Shown here in pieces: positions 49,607-57,829 of a stretch of DNA of 64,000 nt (position 1 is its first letter; every line of letters begins with the position of its first letter). The translations under genes and the position numbers were made by a program. The notes under the pieces were generated by a model that was not told the origin of the DNA, searched no databases, and was given only the letters and a program-made list of their open reading frames with translations. The DNA is from Burkholderiales bacterium (GTDB lineage: Bacteria > Pseudomonadota > Gammaproteobacteria > Burkholderiales > Burkholderiaceae_C). The stretch covers positions 4,065-68,064 of the forward strand of contig JANXXS010000363.1 in NCBI GenBank assembly GCA_025350505.1, read 5' to 3'.

Positions 49607-50184
49607 ACTCGATCTACCTCGTCCTCGACATGCAGAACGATCTCGTCCATGTCGACGGCCCGAACGGCAAGTCGCCGCTCGGCGAGCAGGTGCGCGAGCG
49701 CCGGGTCATCGAGAACACCGTGACGCTGCTGGCCAAGGCGCGGGCGGCCGGCGTCAGCGTCGGCTTCGTCCGGGTCGGCTTCTCGGCCAATTACCACGAG
49801 TGGCCCAAGGACTCGCCCGTGTTCGGCGGCGCGCCCAAGGCCGGGCTCTTCAGGTTGGGCGCCTTCGGCACCGAGATCCACCCTGCGCTCGAGCAGCGGC
49901 CGGGCGACGTTCAGGTCGTCAAGCATCGCGTCAGCCCGTTCTACTCGACCACGCTGATGGCCCAGTTGAGGGCCCAGCGAATCGAGCGGATCTACTGCTC
50001 GGGCGTGTCGACGCAGGCCGTCGTGCAGTCCACCGTGCGCGATGCCCATGACCGCGACTACGACGTCGTCGTCTTCGAGGAGGCGTGCTGCGCGCACAGC
50101 GAGCAGGAGCATCGCCACTCGATCGAGAGCCTGCGCCTCTTTTGCCGGGTGCAGGCGGTCGCCGCCGCCGACTTCACAAGCTGA
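49603..50184 (+). CDS. Isochorismatase-family hydrolase lacking catalytic Cys
   Basis: VLDMQND, KHRVSPF, GVSTQAVVQSTVRDAHDRDY. Confidence 0.85.
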   Translation: MNSIYLVLDMQNDLVHVDGPNGKSPLGEQVRERRVIENTVTLLAKARAAGVSVGFVRVGFSANYHEWPKDSPVFGGAPKAGLFRLGAFGTEIHPALEQRPGDVQVVKHRVSPFYSTTLMAQLRAQRIERIYCSGVSTQAVVQSTVRDAHDRDYDVVVFEEACCAHSEQEHRHSIESLRLFCRVQAVAAADFTS

Positions 50185-50197
50185 AGTCCAGCAAGCT

Positions 50198-50217
50198 GCG
50201 GCGGCCGCGGCCGCCGC
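50198..50217. terminator. GC hairpin between convergent genes (possible bidirectional terminator)
   Basis: Perfect 20-bp palindrome GCGGCGGCCGCGGCCGCCGC; no U-tract. Confidence 0.4.
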
Positions 50218-50222
50218 TCGCG

Positions 50223-51023
50223 CTAGCGCGTGGCGACGTGCAGGAAGCGGTTCAGGCAGAAGAACCAGTCGCCGCGCTCGCCACGGGCCACGACCTCGGC
50301 GACCCAGGCGTCCGCCTCGGCCCGATCGACGCCGTGGCGCACGGCGGCGTTGCGGCCGATCGCGAGCATGCCGGCGCCGAAAGAAGCCGGGTCGTAGCGC
50401 GTCTCGAGGAGGGGAAACGCTTCGGCGTGCGCGGGCGCGAGTCCGGCGTCCCTGAACATCCGGTCGAGCTGGCGCGGCAGGTGCGAGTGCGCGAAGCGCC
50501 AGCGGCCATCGAAGATCCGGCGCATCCGCGCCGTGTCGGGCGAGCCGTAGACGCACAGGTCCCAGTCGGTCTCGAGGACAGCCAGCCGGCCACCCGGCTT
50601 GAGGGCACGGGCCGCCTGCGCGATCGCGGCCTCGACGTCGGCCACGTAGGAATAGGTCTGGACTGCAACGACGAAGTCGGCGCTCGTCGCGGGCAGGTCG
50701 AGCGCGGTGGCGTCGGCCCGTCGCAGCGTGATGCGCCCGGACAGGCCCTGAGCGCGCGCCCGCGCGGCCGCACCTTCGAGCATGTCGGCGCTGGCGTCGA
50801 TGCCGGTCATTCGTCCGTCGGCACCGACGTCGACCGCGAGCTCGCAGGTGAGATGGCCCACGCCGCAGCCGACGTCGACGCCAGACTCGCCAGGACGCGC
50901 CGCGACCAGCTCGCGAAAGCGCCGGCGCTGCGCGACGACCTGCGGGCTGGCGTAGAGCACCTCGAGGCGCGCCCCCATCGACGCGTTGAAGACATGGGGC
51001 GGGGCAGGGGCGACGTCGGGCAT
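50223..51023 (-). CDS. Class I SAM-dependent methyltransferase
   Basis: VDVGCGVG, GIDASADML, RALKPGG. Confidence 0.85.
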   Translation of the reverse strand: MPDVAPAPPHVFNASMGARLEVLYASPQVVAQRRRFRELVAARPGESGVDVGCGVGHLTCELAVDVGADGRMTGIDASADMLEGAAARARAQGLSGRITLRRADATALDLPATSADFVVAVQTYSYVADVEAAIAQAARALKPGGRLAVLETDWDLCVYGSPDTARMRRIFDGRWRFAHSHLPRQLDRMFRDAGLAPAHAEAFPLLETRYDPASFGAGMLAIGRNAAVRHGVDRAEADAWVAEVVARGERGDWFFCLNRFLHVATR

Positions 51024-51035
51024 GGCGTTTCCGAT

Positions 51036-51047
51036 ATGTACAGACAA
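51036..51047. promoter_or_regulatory. Operator box ATGTACAGACAA
   Basis: Variant of recurring TGTMCGGACA motif just upstream of methyltransferase start. Confidence 0.5.
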
Positions 51048-51201
51048 AAGAAGGCGACGGGAGAGGACGAAGCCCGGGCACGGGTTCGCGGGGACGCGGC
51101 CGCCGTCGTCGGCAAAAATTGAAGCATAGGCGAGTGCGCCACGGGGTCCGGGCAGTCCGCGGCATGGGTAAACCCGAATTCGCGCATGCGATGCCGTTTC
51201 G

Positions 51202-51217
51202 TAAAATGTCCGTACAA
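51202..51217 (+). promoter_or_regulatory. -10 element TAAAAT overlapped by operator ATGTCCGTACAA
   Basis: TAAAAT 51202-51207; box 51206-51217 upstream of CoA-transferase. Confidence 0.6.
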
Positions 51218-51270
51218 TTACCGAGGCGATGGGCACGACGACGCCCGGGCGCCGCCGCGGAACAGACGAC

Positions 51271-52470
51271 ATGCAACCGCTTCACGGCATCACCGTCCTC
51301 GACCTGACCCACATGCTGTCGGGACCCTACGGCACGATGACGCTCGCCGACCTAGGGGCGCGAACGATCAAGGTCGAGCCGCCGGGCAAGGGCGAAGGGA
51401 CGCGCGAGCTGCTCGCCGGGCACCCCGACTACTCGCGCGACGGCATGGGGGCGTACTTCATGACGCTCAACCGCAGCAAGGAAAGCGTCTGCATCGACCT
51501 CAAGCAAGACGCCGGCCGAGCCGTCTTCTACGACCTCGTGCGCCACGCCGACGTGGTGTTCGACAACTTCGGCGCCGGCGTGACCCATCGTCTCAAGATC
51601 GATCACGAGACGCTCGCCGCGATCAACCCGCGAATCATCACCTGCTCGGTGACCGGCTTCGGCGAGACCGGTCCCGACACGCACCGGCCGGCGTTCGACC
51701 AGGTGGTGCAGGGCATGGGCGGCGCTATGAGCATCACCGGTCGGCCCGACGACGTGCCGGTGCGCGGTGGCATCCCGATGGGCGACCTGGGCGGCGGCAT
51801 CTTCGGCGCGATGGGCGTGCTGGCCGCGCTGCAGGCGCTGCACACGACCGGCGTGGGTCGGCACGTCGATGTCTCGATGCTCGACGTCCAGATCTCGCTG
51901 CTCAACTACATGGCGACGATGCACCTGATGTCCGGCCACGTCCCCGGCCGGATCGGCAACTCGCACATGGTGCACGTGCCCTATAACACCTTCCAGACAA
52001 GCGACGGCCACATCATCATCGCCTGCATCGGCGACGCCTTCTTCGAGCGCTTCCGCAAGGTCGTGTCTCGCCCGGAGCTGCTCCGGCCTGAGTACCTGAA
52101 GCAGCCGGCGCGCTACGCCGATCGCGAGCGGATCGACGCGATCATCAACGAGGAGCTCGGCCGGAACACCTCGGCCTACTGGCTCGAGAAGCTGCGCGCC
52201 GCGCGCGTGCCGTGCGGGCCGGTCAACGACTTCGCCCAGGCGCTGTCGGATCCGCAGATCGTCGCGCGCGACATGGTCGTCGAGGTGCCGCTGCCGGGCG
52301 GCACGAGCGTGCCGATGCCCGGGATCCCGATGAAATTCTCGGACAGCGCGACGCCCGAGTTCGGCGCGCCGCCGACGCTCGGCCGCGACACGCGCTCGGT
52401 GCTCGGCGAACTGCTCGGCTACGACGCCGCGCAGATCGACGCGCTGCGCGACGCCAACGCGATCCAGTAG
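51271..52470 (+). CDS. CaiB/BaiF CoA-transferase
   Basis: VLDLTHMLSGPY, NRSKES, DNFGAG, IPMGD. Confidence 0.92.
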   Translation: MQPLHGITVLDLTHMLSGPYGTMTLADLGARTIKVEPPGKGEGTRELLAGHPDYSRDGMGAYFMTLNRSKESVCIDLKQDAGRAVFYDLVRHADVVFDNFGAGVTHRLKIDHETLAAINPRIITCSVTGFGETGPDTHRPAFDQVVQGMGGAMSITGRPDDVPVRGGIPMGDLGGGIFGAMGVLAALQALHTTGVGRHVDVSMLDVQISLLNYMATMHLMSGHVPGRIGNSHMVHVPYNTFQTSDGHIIIACIGDAFFERFRKVVSRPELLRPEYLKQPARYADRERIDAIINEELGRNTSAYWLEKLRAARVPCGPVNDFAQALSDPQIVARDMVVEVPLPGGTSVPMPGIPMKFSDSATPEFGAPPTLGRDTRSVLGELLGYDAAQIDALRDANAIQ

Positions 52471-52507
52471 CGGGCCCGGCCGCGCGGCTACGGGCCGAAG
52501 CGGCGAG

Positions 52508-53668
52508 TCAGCCGAGTGCGCCGGCGGCGCGCCACCGCTCGATGCCGGCGAGGTCGACCCCGGCCTCGGCGAGCGCGCTCTCGGTGTGCTCGCCGAGCCG
52601 CGGCGCGATCGGCCGGACCGTGCCGGGCTCGTCGGCGAACTTGATCGGGATGCCGAGATGGCGCTGACCGTCGGGGAAGTCCAGTCGCATCGCGCGAGCA
52701 CGAAGGTGCGCGCCGCCGAGCGCTTCGTGCACGCCCTTGACCGGCGCCCAGCAGAGGTCGATCCCGCCGAGAAACTCCTCCCAATGCGCGAGGTCGCGAG
52801 TCGCGAAGGCCTCGGCGAGGAAGGCGCGGACCGGGTCCTGGCCGCGCCCGGGCGGCAGCGTGCAGAGCTCGATCAGGTCGGGGCGGCCGAGCGCCGTCAG
52901 CAGGTTGGCCGCGAACTTGATCTCGCTGCCGCCGAGCGTGAGCGAGCGACCGTCGGCGGTGCGGTACAGATTGTACATCGCGTTGCCGCCGAGCGAGCGC
53001 TCGGTCGTGGTGTCGAGCTCGCGGTCCTCGGCGAACACCGGGCTCACGATGTTGACCAGCCACGACACCAGGCTGTCCTGCATCGAGATGTCGAGCGTGT
53101 CGCCCAGCCCGGTCTTCTCGCGCCGCAGCAGCGCCATCAGGATGCCGGTCAGCGCCATCAGCGAGCCGGCCATGTCGGCCGCGGGCACGCACGGCAGCGT
53201 CGGTGCGCCGTCGGCGCCCCGGTTCAGGTCGACGACGCCGGTCTCGGCCTCGATGCTCAGGTCGTGGGCGACCCGGGCGGCCATCGGCCCGGACTGGCCG
53301 AACGCCGAGATCGAGCAATAGACGATGCGAGGATAGCGAGCGCGCACGGCGGCCGCGCCGACGCCGAGGCGGTCGACGGCGCCGGGGCGAAACGCCTCGA
53401 CGACGACATCGGCATCGGCCGCCAGGCGCATGAAGGCCTCGACGCCTTCCGGCCGCTTCAGGTCGAGCACGACGCTGCGCTTGCCCCGGTGGGTGTTGCG
53501 GAACCAGACGGTCGTGTCGCCCTGGTACTTGCCGATCGAGCGCGTCGGCTCGCCCGATGGCGGCTCGATCCGGATCACGTCCGCGCCGTGGTCGGCCATC
53601 ATCATCGTCAGATGCGGGCCGGGCAGGAACTGCGAGAGGTCGAGAACCTTGATGCCTTCGAGCTTCAT
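52508..53668 (-). CDS. CaiB/BaiF CoA-transferase
   Basis: KVLDLSQFLPGP, RGKRSV, EAFRPG, PAAD. Confidence 0.92.
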   Translation of the reverse strand: MKLEGIKVLDLSQFLPGPHLTMMMADHGADVIRIEPPSGEPTRSIGKYQGDTTVWFRNTHRGKRSVVLDLKRPEGVEAFMRLAADADVVVEAFRPGAVDRLGVGAAAVRARYPRIVYCSISAFGQSGPMAARVAHDLSIEAETGVVDLNRGADGAPTLPCVPAADMAGSLMALTGILMALLRREKTGLGDTLDISMQDSLVSWLVNIVSPVFAEDRELDTTTERSLGGNAMYNLYRTADGRSLTLGGSEIKFAANLLTALGRPDLIELCTLPPGRGQDPVRAFLAEAFATRDLAHWEEFLGGIDLCWAPVKGVHEALGGAHLRARAMRLDFPDGQRHLGIPIKFADEPGTVRPIAPRLGEHTESALAEAGVDLAGIERWRAAGALG

Positions 53669-53710
53669 CGACGGCCTTTCGAGAGCGAGGCGGCGGTCGC
53701 GCCGCGGGGT

Positions 53711-54874
53711 TCAGATCTTGTGGCGTGCGATCAGCTGCTTGGCGATCACCTGGCGGAGGATCTCGTTGGTGCCTTCGCCGATCACCATCAGCATCGAGTC
53801 GCGGTAGAAGCGCTCGATCTCGTACTCCACCGAAAGGCTGTAGCCGCCGAAGATCCGCATCGCTTCCTGCGAGCAGAAGACGCCGGCCTCGGAGCCGGCG
53901 AGCTTGGCCATCGCCGCCTCGAGATCGCAGCGCTCGCCGCGGTCGTACATGCGAGCGGCGTTCTCGATCAGGCGCTTGCTGCCCTCGACGTGCGTCGCCA
54001 TATCGGCGAGCTTCATCTGGATCGCCTGGTGCTCGCAGATCGGCTTGCCGAAGGCGCTGCGCTCCTGGGCATAGCGCAATGCCATCTTGAGCGAGCCTTC
54101 GGCGATGCCGGCGCCGCGCGCGGCGACGTTGATGCGGCCGAGCTCGAGGCCGCCGGCGGTGTGGACGAAGCCCTTGCCTTCCTCGCCGCCGAGCAGGTTT
54201 TCCTTGGGGACGCGGTAGTCGTCGAAGCTCAGCTGGCAGGTGTCGATGGCGCGGTAGCCCATCTTCTTCAGCTTGCCGTCGACGTTGAAGCCCGGGCCCT
54301 TCTCGGCGATGAGCAGGCTCATGCCCTTGTGGCGCGGCTTGGCGTCGGGGTCGGTCTTCACCAGCAACAGCGTCATGTGGCCGTGCAGGCTGTTGGTGAT
54401 CCAGGTCTTGGAGCCGTTGACGACGTAGTGGTCGCCGTCGAGGCGGGCCACGGTGCGGATCGCCTGCAGGTCGGAGCCGGCGTTCGGCTCGGTGAGGCCG
54501 AGGCTGCCGCGCAGCTCGCCGCTCGCCATCTTCGGCAGGTATTTCCGCTTCTGTTCCTCGGTGCCGTTCCTTTCAATCGCAGCGGCGGCGATGAGGTGCG
54601 AGTTGAAGATGCCCGAAGGCGCCATCCACACCGACGCGACCTTGATCACGATCTGCGCGTAGGTCCAGGCCGACAGGCCCAGGCCGCCGTACTCCTCGCC
54701 GATGGTCGCGCCGAAGAGGCCGAGCTCCTTCATCTGCTCGACGATCGCGTGCGGGTACTCGTCCTCGAGGTCGTACTTGCGCGCGACGGGGCGCAGTTCC
54801 TTCTCGACCCAGGTCTCGATCGCGTCGACGAATTCCTGCTGGTCCTCGACGACGTTCTTGGTTCTCGTGTCCAT
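53711..54874 (-). CDS. Acyl-CoA dehydrogenase
   Basis: LTEPNAGSD, NGSKTWITN, IFGGY, IGEGTNEI (catalytic Glu present). Confidence 0.92.
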   Translation of the reverse strand: MDTRTKNVVEDQQEFVDAIETWVEKELRPVARKYDLEDEYPHAIVEQMKELGLFGATIGEEYGGLGLSAWTYAQIVIKVASVWMAPSGIFNSHLIAAAAIERNGTEEQKRKYLPKMASGELRGSLGLTEPNAGSDLQAIRTVARLDGDHYVVNGSKTWITNSLHGHMTLLLVKTDPDAKPRHKGMSLLIAEKGPGFNVDGKLKKMGYRAIDTCQLSFDDYRVPKENLLGGEEGKGFVHTAGGLELGRINVAARGAGIAEGSLKMALRYAQERSAFGKPICEHQAIQMKLADMATHVEGSKRLIENAARMYDRGERCDLEAAMAKLAGSEAGVFCSQEAMRIFGGYSLSVEYEIERFYRDSMLMVIGEGTNEILRQVIAKQLIARHKI

Positions 54875-54909
54875 CTTGTCTCCTGCGGCCCCGTGGGGGC
54901 CTGTGGTGC

Positions 54910-55428
54910 TCAGTAGTTGACCTTGTCCTCGACGCTGTGGCCTCGCTTGGCGATCAGCATCGTGCGATTGAAGGTGCCGACGACCTTGCCGTTCTGGTTC
55001 AGGCCGATCGTCTTCACGGTAACGATTCCCGCCCCTGGCCGCGAGCTCGACTTGCGCTTGTCCATCACCTCCGACTCGGCGTAAAGCGTGTCGCCGGCGA
55101 AGAGGGGATGGGTGAGCTTGATGTCGGTCCAGCCGAGGTTGGCGATCGCCTTCTGGCTCACGTCGGTGACGCTCATGCCGACCATCAGCGCGACCGTCAG
55201 CGGGCTGCAGACGATGCACTTGCCGAACTCGCTCGCCTTCGCGTACTCGGCGTCGAAGTGCATCGGGTGGGTGTTCATCGTCAGCAGCGTGAACCAGGTG
55301 TTGTCGGTCTCGCTGATCGTGCGGCCGGGACGGTGCTCGTAGATCTCGCCGACGGCGAAGTCCTCGTAGTAGCGGCCAAAGGATTCGCGGGTGCGGTTCT
55401 CGCCGACGCGCTTGGCGGTCTGGACCAT
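54910..55428 (-). CDS. MaoC-family (R)-specific enoyl-CoA hydratase, RipB/itaconyl-CoA hydratase-like
   Basis: YEDFAVGEIYEHRPGRT, DNTWFTLLTMNTHPMHFD, ANLGW, GDTLYAESEV. Confidence 0.85.
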   Translation of the reverse strand: MVQTAKRVGENRTRESFGRYYEDFAVGEIYEHRPGRTISETDNTWFTLLTMNTHPMHFDAEYAKASEFGKCIVCSPLTVALMVGMSVTDVSQKAIANLGWTDIKLTHPLFAGDTLYAESEVMDKRKSSSRPGAGIVTVKTIGLNQNGKVVGTFNRTMLIAKRGHSVEDKVNY

Positions 55429-55467
55429 GATGGCTCCTTGTGGGTCGATCAAACAGGATTGGGGGAT

Positions 55468-56310
55468 TCAGACCGCGCGCGCCAGCTCGGCGATGCGGCG
55501 GGCCTTCTTGAGAAGCGGCGCGTCGACCATCTTTCCCTGGAACAGGAAGGCACCGCTGCCTTGGCCGTCCGGCACGGCCTGCAGGAGCACGGTCGCCCAC
55601 TCGATCTCGGCCGGGGTCGGCGTGAACGCGGCGTGGATCGTCTGGATCTGCTGCGGATGGATCGCGGTCTTGCAGCCGAAGCCGAGCGCGAGCGCCTTGC
55701 GCGTCTCGGCGGCCAGACCCTCGTCGCTCGAGAGGTCGACGTTGGGAACGTCCCAGGCCTGCAGCCGGGCCGCCTTGGCGGCATTGACGAGACGGCCGCG
55801 CGCGCTCAGGAGGCCTTCCCAGTTGAACTGCGCGTCGAGCTCGGCCGACAGGTCGGCGCCGCCGAGCATGAGCGCGCCGAGCTTGCCGCCCGCGCGACCG
55901 ATGCCGGCGACGTTCTCGATGCCGACCGGCGTCTCGACCAGCGCCGTGAACGCGCCGACCTGCGCTCCGCACCAGGACTCGAGGGCCTGGATGTCGCCGG
56001 CGCTCTCGGTCTTAGGCAGGAGCAGCCAGTCGATCTGGAGGCCCGACTCGACGAAGGCGAGCACGTCGCGAAGGCCATCGAGCGTGCGCAGGCCGTTGAT
56101 TCGAACCGCGACATCGGGGCCGTGCGGGGGGCGGGCCGTGTCCTTGAGCCAGCCGAAAACCTGGCTTCGCGCCTCGGCCTTTCGGCCGGGGTGAACCGCG
56201 TCCTCGAGGTCGATGCAGACCAGGTCGGCGCCGGCCGCCATCGCCTTGGCGAAGCGCTCGACCTTTTCGCCAGAGACGAAGAGCATGGAGCGAGGCTGTC
56301 GAGCGGACAT
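55468..56310 (-). CDS. CitE-like CoA-ester lyase (RipC/citramalyl-CoA lyase-like)
   Basis: RSMLFVSG, IDLEDAV, VRIN, LPKTE, VETP, AIHPQQ; alternative start 56328. Confidence 0.88.
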   Translation of the reverse strand: MSARQPRSMLFVSGEKVERFAKAMAAGADLVCIDLEDAVHPGRKAEARSQVFGWLKDTARPPHGPDVAVRINGLRTLDGLRDVLAFVESGLQIDWLLLPKTESAGDIQALESWCGAQVGAFTALVETPVGIENVAGIGRAGGKLGALMLGGADLSAELDAQFNWEGLLSARGRLVNAAKAARLQAWDVPNVDLSSDEGLAAETRKALALGFGCKTAIHPQQIQTIHAAFTPTPAEIEWATVLLQAVPDGQGSGAFLFQGKMVDAPLLKKARRIAELARAV

Positions 56311-56330
56311 GGGCATCTCGGGCTGCATCA

Positions 56331-56370
56331 AATGTCCGGACATTATGTGAGGCGGCGGCGGAGGCGTCAA
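56331..56370 (-). promoter_or_regulatory. Internal sigma70 promoter with perfect operator AATGTCCGGACATT
   Basis: Minus-strand TTGACG (56365-56370), 17 bp, CATAAT (56342-56347); 14-bp palindrome 56331-56344. Confidence 0.7.
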
Positions 56371-57662
56371 GCGCCGAGGCCCAGGAGTCGCGCCGAGGCG
56401 GTGAGGGCCTCGCGATCGTCGGGATGGGCGATTGCGATGAGTCGGCGCGCCCGCTCGCCGAGCGTCGCGTGGCGCAGCTCGGCGCTGCCGTACTCGGTGA
56501 CGACGAGGTCGGCGTCGGATGCGGCCACGGTCGCCGGACCGGAGAGGCGGGCGACGATCCGTGCGGCACCGGGGCCGTCGACGCCGGCGCGTGCCGGCTG
56601 GCGTGACGGCAGCGCGATGATGGCCTTGCCGCCGGGCGCCACGCGGGCGCCGCGGATGAAGTCGTTGAGGCCGCCGACGCCGCCGACCTGACGGACGCTG
56701 CCGTCGCGCTGCAGCGCGGTCTCGGCGTTCGCCTGGCCGAGGAGGTCGACCTCGAGCGCGCTGTTGAGGGCGACGAACCTCGCGAGCCTCGAGATCACCT
56801 CGCGGCCATGCGTGTAGCGCGGCCCGCGCAGCTGGACGGCCGGGTTCCCGGTCACGCTTGCGTACAGCGCGGCGTCGCCGTACACGCACGCGGTGATCGA
56901 GACGCCGGTGTCGATCTCCTTTCGGCTGTTGTCCGCGCTGCCGCTGGCGATCAGCCTGTGCAGCGCCGGCGTCAGCATGCCGCTGTGGACGCCGAGAAAG
57001 CGATGATCGCGAAGCCCCTCGACGACGGCCGAGGCGAGACTGCCGATGCCGATCTGAACGCACGCGCCGTCGGGCACCAGCGAGGCGACGTAGGCGGAAA
57101 TGCGGCGCTCGATCTCGCCGACCTTCGGCTCGGCGGCGACAGCGAGCGGGTACGAGGTCTCGACCCGGTGCGCGATCGGGATGTCGTCGGGCCAGGGTGC
57201 ACCCGCGATGGCCGGCGCCAGCGCATTGATCTCGGCGACGACGATGCGGGCCCGCCGCGCGGCGTCGAGGGCATGGCCGTGCGACGCGCCCAGGCTGAGG
57301 TGGCCGTCGGCGTCTCGCGCCAGGCTGACGAGGACGACTTCGGCGACTTCCGCGCCGCTCGCGAAGGCGTCGCCGCATTGCGAGTAGTGGGCCGTCGAGA
57401 TCCGGGTCGCGTGACGCCGCACCAGCGCGCCGGCGCTGCCGATCGCGCCGAAGGTCGTGAATGTGGTCGCCGGCGGGAAGTCGTCGGCTGCCGCGGAGAA
57501 CGGCACGCCGAGGAAGACGGAGAAGCGGCCCTCGTGGACGTGCGACGCGGCAAGGGCGCGGAGCAAGGCGACCGGCTCGGCGGTCATGTGCGAGCACACG
57601 ACGCGATCACCCGGGCCGACGATGCCGGCCCAGTCGAGTACGGCGGCGTGGTCAGCGGTCAT
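56367..57662 (-). CDS. Acetyl-CoA hydrolase/transferase (class I, RipA/4-hydroxybutyrate CoA-transferase-like)
   Basis: VQIGIG, NSALEVDLLGQANAE, GGVGGLNDF, VVTEYG, IAHPD. Confidence 0.88.
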   Translation of the reverse strand: MTADHAAVLDWAGIVGPGDRVVCSHMTAEPVALLRALAASHVHEGRFSVFLGVPFSAAADDFPPATTFTTFGAIGSAGALVRRHATRISTAHYSQCGDAFASGAEVAEVVLVSLARDADGHLSLGASHGHALDAARRARIVVAEINALAPAIAGAPWPDDIPIAHRVETSYPLAVAAEPKVGEIERRISAYVASLVPDGACVQIGIGSLASAVVEGLRDHRFLGVHSGMLTPALHRLIASGSADNSRKEIDTGVSITACVYGDAALYASVTGNPAVQLRGPRYTHGREVISRLARFVALNSALEVDLLGQANAETALQRDGSVRQVGGVGGLNDFIRGARVAPGGKAIIALPSRQPARAGVDGPGAARIVARLSGPATVAASDADLVVTEYGSAELRHATLGERARRLIAIAHPDDREALTASARLLGLGA

Positions 57663-57687
57663 CGAGAAGAAGGGGCCTATGTCGGAA

Positions 57688-57701
57688 TATGTACGGACAT
57701 A
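57688..57701. promoter_or_regulatory. Operator box TATGTACGGACATA
   Basis: Near-perfect palindrome upstream of class I CoA-transferase, adjoining minus-strand TAGTAT. Confidence 0.6.
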
Positions 57702-57771
57702 CTACAGGCAGGTGCGCCCGCCTGGGCCGAGGATTAACCTGCAGCCGAGTCGAAACGGGTCGGGTGCCCGG

Positions 57772-57812
57772 TTGACAGGAGCAGCCTTGCGGTCGAGAAT
57801 TTGTCCGCTCAA
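57772..57812 (+). promoter_or_regulatory. Sigma70 promoter of MmgE/PrpD gene with weak operator TTGTCCGCTCAA
   Basis: TTGACA (57772-57777), 17 bp, GAGAAT (57795-57800); box 57801-57812. Confidence 0.55.
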
Positions 57813-57829
57813 TTCAAGGCATCAAATCC

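Noticed and set aside
52473-52496. GC hairpin between convergent CoA-transferases as a terminator
   Set aside because: Imperfect stem and no U-tract; too weak to call
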